A stretch of 63,126 nucleotides of DNA, the filler included, from Octopus bimaculoides (lineage: Eukaryota), in NCBI RefSeq assembly GCF_001194135.2. It is 6 parts of 5 records of this genome, joined end to end, with 100 filler letters (N's around TTAATTAATTAA, not from the genome) between each part and the next. Parts side by side here need not be neighbours in the genome. Positions count along the whole stretch, not along the records: positions 11,450 to 20,410 come from NC_068983.1; positions 20,511 to 24,556 come from NW_026347905.1; 4 more parts are not named here. One strand, given 5' to 3'. The notes under the pieces were generated by a model. That model did not search any database. It had not been told where the DNA came from and saw only the letters and a program-made list of their open reading frames with translations. Below, one piece after another: positions 12,091 through 23,840 of the stretch. How positions within the stretch are numbered: position 1 is the stretch's first letter; each line of letters begins with the position of its first letter. The position numbers were made by a program, and so were the translations under genes.

Positions 12091-12309
12091 GAGGGGAGTC
12101 ATCTCGCACCATATACTTGTTCTTGAGAATTTCTAATTGTCAATTCTTACGTGTATTCAGTTGATGAAAATGGTTTAGTTTTTGTATGATGTCTAAAACA
12201 GCTGTAGCGTACCATAATACATCTGTTGTTGATTATTCTTTAACGAACTTGGAACCCTCAATTAACTGGGATCTGGAGTCTACAGACGGCGGTGCAATAG
12301 GCACAGTAT

Positions 12310-12760
12310 GTGTACCCATGTATGACCAAGACTGACACCGTCACCTTCCCTGCAAATTAAACAACCTTGGCTTTCTTAGGAGGTGATAAGGAATGCTTTT
12401 ACAGCATAGAATGAGGCTTTTTCTCTAGCTGAAAGTAATGAACCCAGCACACATCATGCGAGAGGAGACGTTCAAGGAAACCAGCTGGATCTGCCTCAGA
12501 CAATTTTTTGTTGTTGTGATGTGATAAACCTGGTCAATGTTTGATCAGGTGTAAGAAGACACGGCCTATACAGTGCAGAATACTTCGACATATTCCAAAT
12601 TTTGACTTCCCTTCCTAAATTCAGCTGCCCATTTTTGCACTGTTGATAACGTTGGGACGTCATCCTCTAATGTAGCCGCCATGTCAGCTTGAATGTTTTG
12701 GGAAGCTAAAGCCTTTTATTCAGTTCTACGATGTCAAATTTTCACGGCCCTACCATCAAT
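12310..12760 (-). mobile_element. Mariner transposase relic (internally deleted)
   Basis: Frameshifted translation gives IQADMAATLEDDVPTLSTVQKWAAEFRKG..LLTPDQ..EADPAGFLERLLSHDVCWVH..PPKKAKVV*FAGKV. Confidence 0.8.
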
Positions 12761-12819
12761 CCTTCATATTCAGCCCATGTAATTTTCCGCTCACCCTCGT
12801 AAATGTGTTCATGCGCGCG

Positions 12820-13025
12820 TGCTGGCTGAAATGTTAACACACTGGGCGAAATGCTTTGCGGTATTTCAGCTGTTTTTACGTTCTGAGTTCAAAATCCACC
12901 GGGATAGACTTTACGGTTCATCCTTTCGGGGTCATTAAATTAAATACCAGTTGCATTCTGAGAGCGAACTAATCAACTAGTCCTCTACCCAAACATGTCA
13001 GGCCTAGAGTAGAAAAGAATATTTA
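12820..13025 (+). mobile_element. tRNA-derived SINE family E
   Basis: Shares GAGTTCAAA and TTCATCCTTTCGGGGTC with the other family E copies. Confidence 0.75.
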
Positions 13026-13188
13026 CCAGAATGGAATTGTTGATGTTTGTAGTTCATCAAACTTGACAGAATGGAATAAATTGAGTAAGGCTGATAAGTG
13101 TTTAATCTAATCTTGAAACGTGGCTAATTCTTACGAAAACATTTTCTGTGAGAGTGGAGGACATGTTTTAAGAGGAACAATCAAAATA

Positions 13189-13482
13189 AGCAACAAGGAT
13201 ATCCAGAAGTAATGCAGTACAATCGTTTCAAACAACTCCATTTAATTGAACAATGCAATCATCAGATCAATTTAAATGCAGATCAATCTTCAGCTGCCTA
13301 AAGACATATAATTTAATTAAATTGAAACAAATGGAGACATTAGTAGAATTTTACCTAAAATCTCCTAGATTATGCAGCTGAGAATTGGTCTGTATTTAAA
13401 GTCATGTAATGATTGCAGCTTTCAATTAAATGGAATTGCTTGAAACGATCGCACTACATTACCTTTGGATAACCTTGTTGCG
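13189..13482. mobile_element. MITE with ~107-bp diverged TIRs, flanked by TA (Tc1/mariner-like)
   Basis: 13191-~13297 matches the reverse complement of ~13374-13480 at roughly 80% by eye. TA at 13187-88 and 13483-84. Confidence 0.75.
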
Positions 13483-13773
13483 TATTTTCATTTTAATCAC
13501 CTTATTTTGAAATTGTGTGGATAATAACCGTACTAAATTCTTGTGCCTCAATTTAAGTACCATATTCATCTGAATCTCTCTCTCTCTCTCTCTCTCTCTC
13601 TNNNNNNNNNNNNNNNNNNNNNNNNNNNNNNNNNNNNNNNNNNNNNNNNNNNNNNNNNNNNNNNNNNNNNNNNNNNNNNNNNNNNNNNNNNNNNNNNNNN
13701 NNNNNNNNNNNNNNNNNNNNNNNNNNNNNNNNNNNNNNNNNNNNNNNNNNNNNNNNNNNNNNNNNNNNNNNNN

Positions 13774-13806
<33 letters not shown>

Positions 13807-13918
13807 ATTTGGGGATGGTAATATTACCAATTTAGCCAATAAAAACACACGCACTCTATATTTGGTGTTAATTTGCTTCAGCTTTATATTACATTACATT
13901 CCAGTAATCATATTTCGG

Positions 13919-13958
13919 CCAGAGTTCTTTCGTCACACTTCTGTGACCTCATCAGTGG
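13919..13958 (-). ncRNA. Type I minimal hammerhead in a solo PLE terminal repeat (~13860-14010)
   Basis: Reverse complement: CCA-CUGAUGA-G-GUCACA(gaag)UGUGAC-GAAA-GAAC-UC-UGG. Confidence 0.7.
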
Positions 13959-14066
13959 TCCTTTGCTTTCTTCTTTCTTATGTGTGTCTCTCCTTGCTAA
14001 CTAATTCATATTTGGAGCATATGCTCGTATGAGTGTTGCATAGCTACCTTTTCTTAATGGAAGACT

Positions 14067-14267
14067 TTAAGACATTAAACGATCCGAATGACCACATCGT
14101 AGTTCCCCAAGTTTTGAAGCCAAAGTCGTTTTGATAACAAATCCCACTCCTGGTTCTCTCTTATAAGTCTCCTCTCTACCGCTACAAAATAAATGATACC
14201 CAGCTGATTTCTCTACGAAATTTCCCTTTCCATGAATTCTTGTTTCGGCTAACGTTACAACATCCAT
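14067..14267 (-). mobile_element. RTE AP-endonuclease fragment, downstream half
   Basis: MDVVTLAETRIHGKGNFVEKSAGYHLFCSGR..REPGVGFVIKTTLASKL..SDRLMS. Confidence 0.8.
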
Positions 14268-15902
14268 CGGGAACAAAACTTGCTTAGGGGGTGCAAACTC
14301 AGTTTCAAAAATTGGCATTACTGGAGAAGTGTGGATCCGAGTTCTGGGAGTGTGCATGTCACAAATTTGCGCATGCGCCTGCGTTAGTCGTAAGTAGTCG
14401 AATGGAGGGTGCGTTATCCATCTAATACAAGACGAAAATTGCAGATAAATTGAGTAAAAACATGAAAAATAACCAAATGATATTTCATTGAAAAGTAAAC
14501 CATTCTGAAAGATAGTTCAGAATGTTTTCAAAACATTCATNNNNNNNNNNGCATCTCGTTGTTTACCTCTGTGTTAAAATCAACTAGTAGCGTGAATCCG
14601 CGCGTCTCGTCATTTGCCTTGTGAGCTAAAATTGATTACTTACAACTAATGCGCGTGCACGCCTTAATTTGTGACATACGCACTCTCAGAACTCAGGTCT
14701 ACACTTCTCCTGTAGTACCCAACATTTTTACAAACAAGGTGAAGTTTTCTATCTTGGGTATCAAAACAAACAAATGTTCAATAATAATAACTTTTATTAT
14801 TATGAGGATCGACTGGAAAGTTAACAGGCTGATCAATATATTGTCATAGAATGTGACCAAATGAAGTTCATTTTTAAATATTAGGATCTTTTCTGCTTGA
14901 TTTCACCTGCTGAAATTTTCAAATTTGATATATTGGTGTAATTTTTCCCGTTGAATCTAATGCTATTCACTTATTCCAGAAAAACTTTAGAAAACTGTAA
15001 CAGAGGTTTAAAGTTTGATCATGTTCCCCTCCATCACAGAACAGGATGTGGAATCTGGCATTTTGTACAAGGTGACAACATTACAATGTTAAAACATTCA
15101 ACGATGGAAGTTTTAATAAAGTTTTGTGAAATGTTGGATAAACATACTGTTGGTTTAGTTCATGTGAACAATACACATTTTTGAAATTGGAATAAAATTG
15201 ATGCAATTGAAAAGTGAAAATCAAACAGAAAGGATCATCTGCATACTTCTTTCAGNNNNNNNNNNNNNNNNNNNNNNNNNNNNNNNNNNNNNNNNNNNNN
15301 NNNNNNNNNNNNNNNNNNNNNNNNNNNNNNNNNNNNNNNNNNNNNNNNNNNNNNNNNNNNNNNNNNNNNNNNNNNNNNNNNNNNNNNNNNNNNNNNNNNN
15401 NNNNNNNNNNNNNNNNNNNNNNNNNNNNNNNNNNNNNNNNNNNNNNNNNNNNNNNNNNNNNNNNNNNNNNNNNNNNNNNNNNNNNNNNNNNNNNNNNNNN
15501 NNNNNNNNNNNNNNNNNNNNNNNNNNNNNNNNNNNNNNNNNNNNNNNNNNNNNNNNNNNNNNNNNNNNNNNNNNNNNNNNNNNNNNNNNNNNNNNNNNNN
15601 NNNNNNNNNNNNNNNNNNNNNNNNNNNNNNNNNNNNNNNNNNNNNNNNNNNNNNNNNNNNNNNNNNNNNNNNNNNNNNNNNNNNNNNNNNNNNNNNNNNN
15701 NNNNNNNNNNNNNNNNNNNNNNNNNNNNNNNNNNNNNNNNNNNNNNNNNNNNNNNNNNNNNNNNNNNNNNNNNNNNNNNNNNNNNNNNNNNNNNNNNNNN
15801 NNNNNNNNNNNNNNNNNNNNNNNNNNNNNNNNNNNNNNNNNNNNNNNNNNNNNNNNNNNNNNNNNNNNNNNNNNNNNNNNNNNNNNNNNNNNNNNNNNNN
15901 NN

Positions 15903-16480
15903 TCCCTGCAGATTAAACGATCTTGATGACCTTCTTTAGAGTAAGTGTTGAGGAGTATCTCCACTGTTAGATTATCTCTTATTCTCTAACTCAAAATGAT
16001 AAACCCAGCACATTTAAGGAAACTGGATTTGCCTCAAGCAATGCCAGATATCATCGAAATGTGATCAGCCTGGTGCCCTTTTAATCAGGTGTCAGAAGAA
16101 TCAACACCCACCAAGCAGAAACTTTCATCATGCCAAATTTATTGTGTAGAATATTCTCAGCTCTCACACGTGATATGCTAATAACACTGGCATTTCATTT
16201 TTTTTCTCCAGTGGAAGCAGTTGCAGACTGTTCAGTTCATTAGTCTTCTCAAAATTATCTCTGCTCAAATCACTTAATCAGTTTTGTACTGTTGATAAAA
16301 CTGGAGCATCATCCTCCGATATATCAACATGTTCTTGGGGACTAAATCCTTTTTCTACAGGTACTTGATAACAGCATGATGCCAAATTTTGTTCATCTTG
16401 AAGAGAAGTCACTAATAGTTACTTTTGAAGTTTTCTCTGAACATTCAAATATCAGTTTACCAAGAAAGAAATAATGAAGC
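15903..16480 (-). mobile_element. Mariner transposase relic, N-terminal half, running into the N gap
   Basis: MNKIWHHAVIKYL*KKGFSPK..EDDAPVLSTVQ..ISISRVRAENILHNKFGMMKVSAWWV..LLTPD..QWR..KKV..*SAG. Same family as 12310-12760. Confidence 0.8.
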
Positions 16481-16557
16481 TATAAGTAGTGTTAAAATGG
16501 AAGTAAGACGAGTTTTTGCATCACTCAATAATTCACGCGTATATGAAAAAAACTGTA

Positions 16558-18200
16558 TCAACATATTCCAAAAGTTTTCCTACGCTCACACGTTTTGTTA
16601 ATGAAACGTTTCATGACGATGTGGAAAGTGTTTTCATCGTATATTTTTTTATGTACATGCATTATGGCACAATGTGTAAGACGGTGTTGTGTCATTGTGG
16701 TACGGAGCCAGGTCTTCAAACGGCGAAGTGCACTGAATGTTCTTTCGCTTGATGCAACAGATACAGGTGAAGACAAGACAAGCTGCATTAACGCCAATAC
16801 TTGTGGCATACTAGAATGAAGAATAGCATCAGACGCTCTCCATTTTCAACTGTCATTAAATGATTTAGGCAAAGTTTCCCTTTCTGTCCATAGGCTAGAA
16901 AGAAGTTTGATTTGAGATGACAGTAAGAGCAAATCAAAAGAAGCAGGTAGATGTGCATCTTCAAAGTTAAATACTCCACAAGTGACTGCTGACAACAGCA
17001 ACTCCTCTCGCTCAGAGCTTACACGCATTCCCTGTTGCTGAAACCGGCGAGTCAATTCATTTTCGATGACAGCTACTATAGACAAAAATTGCCGACGCCA
17101 GTCATCGGTGACAGAAAGAGCAACATCTTCAGTAGTTGTTGTGTGCCTAAAGCACAGTGGTGTATTTTTAGATCGCAAAAAGTTGGGCATTTTCACTAAG
17201 TCAGAAGAGGATACTTCATCGAAATATTTTTCAAAAACCTTCTAACTTCTCATTTGTGAAAGAGAGTTTTTCAACTTTTCAATCAATTTCAAGCAATCAA
17301 CGTCTGTCGTGCCTGGACGCTGTAAGCTACGTGCCACTGGCTCACATACCCCAAATATATCCCCAGCGATTTTAATGCCGAATAAAATGGAAGCTTGCCA
17401 GATTGTTTTAGCAGCCCTTTAACAGTAGCTTTTATTGTTGCTCTTATCAACGAGTCATTAAGAAGGTCAAGCAAAAAAAATTGAATATTCTTATAATTGT
17501 TTTCTGCTTGTTTCAGTGCTGTTTCTCTAATGTACCACCGAGTTGGACACACTGCTTGAAACATGATGACATTCTCACCACAAAGATTTGTCCATTGTGC
17601 TTTTCTTTTTGGTAACTCTTTTACAAGAATGGCGCATTGATGGACGAAGTTCAGTGCATCAGCTACAAAGGTAACTTTAGGACTAACTTCTTGGAGGACA
17701 AGGTCTAGAGAGTGGTTTCCACAGTGTACAAAATATGTACCTGGGAACAAATTTTTCAATCGCATTTGTACACCTGAAATGTTTCCACTCATGGTACTTG
17801 CACCATCAAATGAAACACAGCATAACTTTGAGCCAAGTGAAATGTTTAGGTGACAAAAAACATCTAGAATAATCTTAGTCAGTGTCTTCGAAGAGCAGTC
17901 AGCGGGATTATAAAAACCTAGAAAATCCTCATTGACATTCAGGTCTTCAGAAACGTACAGGACAGTGATTGATACTTGTTCCATGCCAGAGCAATTAGTG
18001 GTACCATCAAATATAATGCCAATAAATCTGGAATTTTCTACTTTTATTTTGATCTCATGTAAAATGTTATGAGCATATGCCTCTAAAATTTCATTTTGAA
18101 TTGTATCAGAGAGGAAATTGTTCCGACGCTTAAACCACTGGCTTACTTCTGCACTGCATTATTCAGCAAGTTCCCTTACAAGATTTACGAAGTTTCCCAT
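16558..18200 (-). pseudogene. hAT transposase (ZMYM1-like, DUF4371 plus hATC dimerisation domain), disrupted
   Basis: GNFVNLVRELAE*..LSDTIQNEIL..FIGIIFDGTT..EQVSI..EDFLGFY..FDGASTMSG..YFVHCGNHSLDL..CPTRW..DDWRRQF..RRF..ASSERTFSALRRLKTWLRTTMTQHRL. Confidence 0.9.
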
Positions 18201-19470
18201 AAGATTTTGAATTTCTGTTGAATACAACATGGCAGATGATTAAAAAGGGCAGACACAAGAAAGAAAAAATAAGTAAAGAACCACGTATAAGGCCACCGAA
18301 TTGTAACGAAAAAACTCTGGTCGAACAAAACCCTGAAAAACAAATAGTGAACATCAAATAAATAGTGCTTGTGTTTTTATTAACAAAACCAGCAACATGA
18401 CCTCCCATCCAATATGCTTCAAAAGACGATAAGCCATACTAGAGTACCGTCTTTTATTTAAGAGCTTACTCTACAAGTAGAGAAGTGGATAAATATAAAC
18501 ATACCTCGTAACGATACTAGCTACCAAATGGCTTCACGGCGAATTGGGGCCCCAAGTGACCTTTGTAAAATCATTGGGGAGAATCCTGAGCCGATTATTG
18601 AGGTCTATTTATATTTATATATATATCGTATATTTATAAAGAGGGCAAATTTAGCCTTTTCCTCCGTAGATTGAAAAAAAAAAGATGAACAACTTGAATC
18701 GATTTCAGAACATTATTGGGTTCTCATCAGAGGCGTAGTGGTTCAAACATGAAAAATAGAACTTATGTTGAGTCAGTCTCAAAAAGTATAGATTTATTGA
18801 TCGGAGAAAGTTACATAGTGACTGAAGGTTCGAGAGTTTCGTGCAGAGACACTTATCAAACTAATTAAATCAACGTTTTCTATATACAACGAAAAGGTAG
18901 GACAGTATCGGAAACAGATATGACGCAGATATTATTTTATATATAGGCAGGAAGACTTTTGATTAATAATATGACAGAATTAAGGCAAGATTAAAAAATG
19001 AAAGTTGTCAATATATAAGGCATTCTGCCTAAACTAAGTCTTTAAGATACGATTTGTTAGTAGTAACGCTAAAAGGAAACTATTTCCTAAGGAACTCAAG
19101 CAGATAGAGAGGAATTAAGATTNNNNNNNNNNTTAACCATACATGCTGGTTTTGTTGTTATTGTTGCTGCTACTGTTGTTATTGTCACTTACTTTTTTGT
19201 ATTTTGACGCTACTTGCCTTCAGAAGTTAGTGGTCCTAAACTCCCTAGGGAATTTTGTGCTAGCTTCATCACTTTTATTTATTTATATATTTATTTTTTT
19301 ATTTGTTTTGAAACGAGATCGAACTTAACCATTTTATACCGATAGATTTTAGACACATTTTTTCTGCAACTGGTAAGATTATGTAGGGGGTGCAGATTTT
19401 GATCATGCACCCCCTGAAAATTCTAGGGGGTGCGGGTGCACCCGCTGCACCCCCTGTTCCCGGGCCCTTG

Positions 19471-19990
19471 GAACTCTTTTGCAACAAGCGCGGATCTTCA
19501 CTCTGGACGAGATTTCAGACAATCATTGTCTAATAACTTTCGAACATTCCAACATCCTCTATTCATAGGCATGCGTCTTAACTTGAATTTACTCACAGTT
19601 GCAGGATGATGACGGGATCCAGTCTATGGTGCCCTGGGACACTTGCCGGGCAAAACCATAGAACAAAATGTTCCAGAGCCCTTTTTGCCATTTGCTTCAT
19701 TATCCATATGAATATGACAGCCATGTACACACAAGATGTCCATTTCGTTTTCATCTCCAGCAATACATGTGCTTGACATTTTTAAAGTGAGGAAGTTTTG
19801 CATAGCAACCATTCCCACGCTGTAAACTACAAAGCATGATCCAAAAAGAAGAGCAAGTCGACATCATTAGACCGATTTCCAAAGGTTAACTAAAAGACAG
19901 CTGTGAAATATTTAAATTCAGAGTTACTTTCTCTTCGATAGACTGCCTTCGACAGGGCTTGGGTTAACAGAGGAGCTCTATCCACCCCTC
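19471..19990 (-). mobile_element. RTE 5' UTR and AP-endonuclease N-terminus, upstream half
   Basis: MPMNRGCWNVRKLLDNDCLKSRPE*RSALVAKEF joins MDVVTLAETR at 14267. The 5' UTR limit is uncertain. Confidence 0.72.
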
Positions 19991-20574
19991 ATCTATTTTA
20001 TTAAAGAAACACACTAAAATAAGAAAATAAAAATACAACTTGAAACTTCAGATAAAATTGAGTACAATTAAAAGTAAGACTGACACACAATATGTACAAT
20101 TTAAAAACACAATATACAATATGTTCATACACATGCTGAAATACAATATATACAATCCACACACGTTCAGAGTTTAAAATGCAATATATACAATATACAA
20201 ACGGAAACACCCCAGAGACAGATGTAATTGGATGGCCGTTGAATTCGTTGTAGTTCCTCCGCCCTTTGGCAGGCTCTACTTTTTGTCCCGCAGGGTGTTC
20301 AACAAGCACCCACCTCACCATGTTGGCCTGGTGGGGTTAACATTTTCGTCGCGGACGACCTCATTATCGAACAAGTTTGTACTGAACTACATGGTAGAAG
20401 CAGCACTCAANNNNNNNNNNNNNNNNNNNNNNNNNNNNNNNNNNNNNNNNNNNNTTAATTAATTAANNNNNNNNNNNNNNNNNNNNNNNNNNNNNNNNNN
20501 NNNNNNNNNNTATATATATGTGTGTGTGTGTGTGTATATATATATATGTATGTTTGTATGATTCCAGAATACCA

Positions 20575-20790
20575 GCTCATTCTGGTTCGCCCTGTCGAAT
20601 GCGTTGGCGGCTCGTGTTGCTCGGCCACGTATCACGGGGTCACGGAAGATGAGAGAGCGTAAGGGACTAACTGTGACACCGATTGGACGGTTGAGCCTCA
20701 TCATCCGAGCAAACATTGACAAACACCGGAAGTGACGACGCGCTGCAACGGCGCATGCTCCCATACCGTTATTAATCCATGCAAGTAATA
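20575..20790. promoter_or_regulatory. CpG-rich candidate housekeeping promoter or first exon
   Basis: Local CpG enrichment in AT-rich DNA, CCAAT box (gtccaatcgg on -), ETS motif CCGGAAGTG, NRF1-like GCGCATGC. Confidence 0.45.
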
Positions 20791-21896
20791 CAACAGAAGA
20801 ACTAAATAAAGCTGCAAAGCACAAGGTATACGTCAAGCTATATTAATATTTCAAACTATGTACATACCACCATATCACGAAATTAAAAATATATATTCAC
20901 ATTAAGATATANNNNNNNNNNNNNNNNNNNNNNNNNNNNNNNNNNNNNNNNNNNNNNNNNNNNNNNNNNNNNNNNNNNNNNNNNNNNNNNNNNNNNNNNN
21001 NNNNNNNNNNNNNNNNNNNNNNNNNNNNNNNNNNNNNNNNNNNNNNNNNNNNNNNNNNNNNNNNNNNNNNNNNNNNNNNNNNNNNNNNNNNNNNNNNNNN
21101 NNNNNNNNNNNNNNNNNNNNNNNNNNNNNNNNNNNNNNNNNNNNNNNNNNNNNNNNNNNNNNNNNNNNNNNNNNNNNNNNNNNNNNNNNNNNNNNNNNNN
21201 NNNNNNNNNNNNNNNNNNNNNNNNNNNNNNNNNNNNNNNNNNNNNNNNNNNNNNNNNNNNNNNNNNNNNNNNNNNNNNNNNNNNNNNNNNNNNNNNNNNN
21301 NNNNNNNNNNNNNNNNNNNNNNNNNNNNNNNNNNNNNNNNNNNNNNNNNNNNNNNNNNNNNNNNNNNNNNNNNNNNNNNNNNNNNNNNNNNNNNNNNNNN
21401 NNNNNNNNNNNNNNNNNNNNNNNNNNNNNNNNNNNNNNNNNNNNNNNNNNNNNNNNNNNNNNNNNNNNNNNNNNNNNNNNNNNNNNNNNNNNNNNNNNNN
21501 NNNNNNNNNNNNNNNNNNNNNNNNNNNNNNNNNNNNNNNNNNNNNNNNNNNNNNNNNNNNNNNNNNNNNNNNNNNNNNNNNNNNNNNNNNNNNNNNNNNN
21601 NNNNNNNNNNNNNNNNNNNNNNNNNNNNNNNNNNNNNNNNNNNNNNNNNNNNNNNNNNNNNNNNNNNNNNNNNNNNNNNNNNNNNNNNNNNNNNNNNNNN
21701 NNNNNNNNNNNNNNNNNNNNNNNNNNNNNNNNNNNNNNNNNNNNNNNNNNNNNNNNNNNNNNNNNNNNNNNNNNNNNNNNGTGTGTGTACAGGTGTGTGT
21801 ATATATACCATTCACGTATTTGCATTTCTTTGATGATATGATGAAAGATCAACTTACCTGGAATAGAAAACAAAGCCAATGATAAATTACTGCACA

Positions 21897-21927
<31 letters not shown>

Positions 21928-22052
21928 CACACAAACGTGCGCCAACACATTTCTAGTTTGTGGGTGTTACTGTCGTCGTTGTCATTCTAATTGTTATTAT
22001 TATTATTATTATTATCATCCTATTTGTTGTTGTTGTTGTTATGTTCTTGTTA

Positions 22053-22180
22053 AAGCGGCGATAGCAATGCTTAGCGGCATTTCGTTCGTCTTTGCGTTTT
22101 CAGTTCAAATTCCGCCAAAGCCGATTTGCATTTCATCAAATCGGTGCTAATAAAATTAAGTACCAGTGATGAAATCGACT
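22053..22180 (+). mobile_element. SINE family E, partial
   Basis: AATGCTTAGCGGCATTTCG..GTTCAAATTCCGCC..AAATTAAGTACCAG. Confidence 0.65.
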
Positions 22181-22254
22181 ACATCCTTCCAAAGACTATT
22201 GCAGAGAAGATAATAATAATAATAATTATTATTATTATTATCATTATTATTATT

Positions 22255-22680
22255 TTATTGTCTTTGCACAGCTTCTAACGCTGGAGATGTACTACGGTGT
22301 CAGCTGTTCACTACCAGTGAACCAAGATAAGACCCCTTATTTTCCGAGCACCATCCGGAGTATTCGAGCGGTTCCAAGCAGTGCTCCACCCTTACTTCTG
22401 AAGATTTTTGCTCACTGTTCCCAGGGCTCCGACAATTATTAGTACTACTACCACCTTTTTCATCGACCACAACTGCTTAACCTCCCAAGCTAACCTGTCA
22501 TATCTATCGACTTTTCTTTCTTCCTTATCGCATACCTTGTTGTCAGCTTGGCATGCTATATCTATGATCCAGCATAGTTTGTTTTCTCTCTCAATTAAGA
22601 CTATGTCCAGCTTCCTATTCTCTATCTCATGGTCGCACTGAATCATAAAATCCCATAAGATCTTTGCATTATCATCGAAA
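22255..22680 (-). mobile_element. R4/Dong-like RLE LINE 3' end inserted in a (TAA)n tract
   Basis: ILWDFMIQCDHEIENRKLDIVLIE..IIDIA..KEERKVDRYDRLAWEVKQLW..IIVGALGTV, then ALLGTARILRMVL. (ATT/TAA)n on both sides. Confidence 0.85.
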
Positions 22681-23339
22681 ATTATTATTATTATTATTAT
22701 TATTATNNNNNNNNNNNNNNNNNNNNNNNNNNNNNNNNNNNNNNNNNNNNNNNNNNNNNNNNNNNNNNNNNNNNNNNNNNNNNNNNNNNNNNNNNNNNNN
22801 NNNNNNNNNNNNNNNNNNNNNNNNNNNNNNNNNNNNNNNNNNNNNNNNNNNNNNNNNNNNNNNNNNNNNNNNNNNNNNNNNNNNNNNNNNNNNNNNNNNN
22901 NNNNNNNNNNNNNNNNNNNNNNNNNNNNNNNNNNNNNNNNNNNNNNNNNNNNNNNNNNNNNNNNNNNNNNNNNNNNNNNNNNNNNNNNNNNNNNNNNNNN
23001 NNNNNNNNNNNNNNNNNNNNNNNNNNNNNNNNNNNNNNNNNNNNNNNNNNNNNNNNNNNNNNNNNNNNNNNNNNNNNNNNNNNNNNNNNNNNNNNNNNNN
23101 NNNNNNNNNNNNNNNNNNNNNNNNNNNNNNNNNNNNNNNNNNNNNNNNNNNNNNNNNNNNNNNNNNNNNNNNNNNNNNNNNNNNNNNNNNNNNNNNNNNN
23201 NNNNNNNNNNNNNNNNNNNNNNNNNNNNNNNNNNNNNNNNNNNNNNNNNNNNNNNNNNNNNNNNNNNNNNNNNNNNNNNNNNNNNNNNNNNNNNNNNNNN
23301 NNNNNNNNNNNNNNNNNNNNNNNNNNNNNTATTATTATT

Positions 23340-23830
23340 GAGTGAGAGAGCAGTGCATGCCATCAAAGTGACACTGGGGTACAAATATACGAAGGCCAAC
23401 ACACCCATTATGACTACTCGTCTTACAAGGGTACATCAGGTACATGCTTGACAACCATATGTGCACAACATGGCGATTTTATATCAAGATAAACAACACA
23501 TGACCTTGCACGTGGGACCCAGTTAGAAATTTTTTTCTAGATTGGCCCATCCCACTCAAAAGGTCCCCAAATAAGGGTTGTTTAAGGACGTTGAACGAAA
23601 CACCCATGTTTCCAGAGGTGAATTATTCAAACCTCGAAGAATTCCTCTCAACACATGGCTATGATGTTCCCCCATTATTTCTGCTCATGATCAGAGATGC
23701 ACATATCCCCAGTCACTAGCGGATACGGTCAACTGGTTATGGTCAAGTAACTGACAAGTCAACCCGTGGCATTGAGCAGAATATTTGCTGTAAGCCATAT
23801 CTTATATCAACATATTAAGACCTATTATCA
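23340..23830. repeat. Probable interspersed repeat abutting (ATT)n
   Basis: GC-richer non-coding block starting directly at an ATT tract. Single copy in the window; it resembles my recollection of a common octopus repeat, unverified. Confidence 0.3.
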
Positions 23831-23840
23831 ACATATTTAA

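Larger units (their letters stand above)
14268..19470 (-). mobile_element. hAT DNA transposon (degenerate), inferred full extent
   Basis: CGGGAACA is inverted at 14268 and 19455-62, GGGGGTGCA subterminal motifs occur at both ends, and the element interrupts an RTE reading frame. No TSD resolved. Confidence 0.6.

Noticed and set aside
15240-15945. Plus-strand acceptor before the gap and GTAAGT donor after it, suggesting a hidden exon
   Set aside because: The right side is explained as mariner sequence on the minus strand.
20000-20410. Possible L1/Tx1 LINE 3' end on the minus strand with AATAAA
   Set aside because: No diagnostic motif recovered by manual translation; left uncalled.
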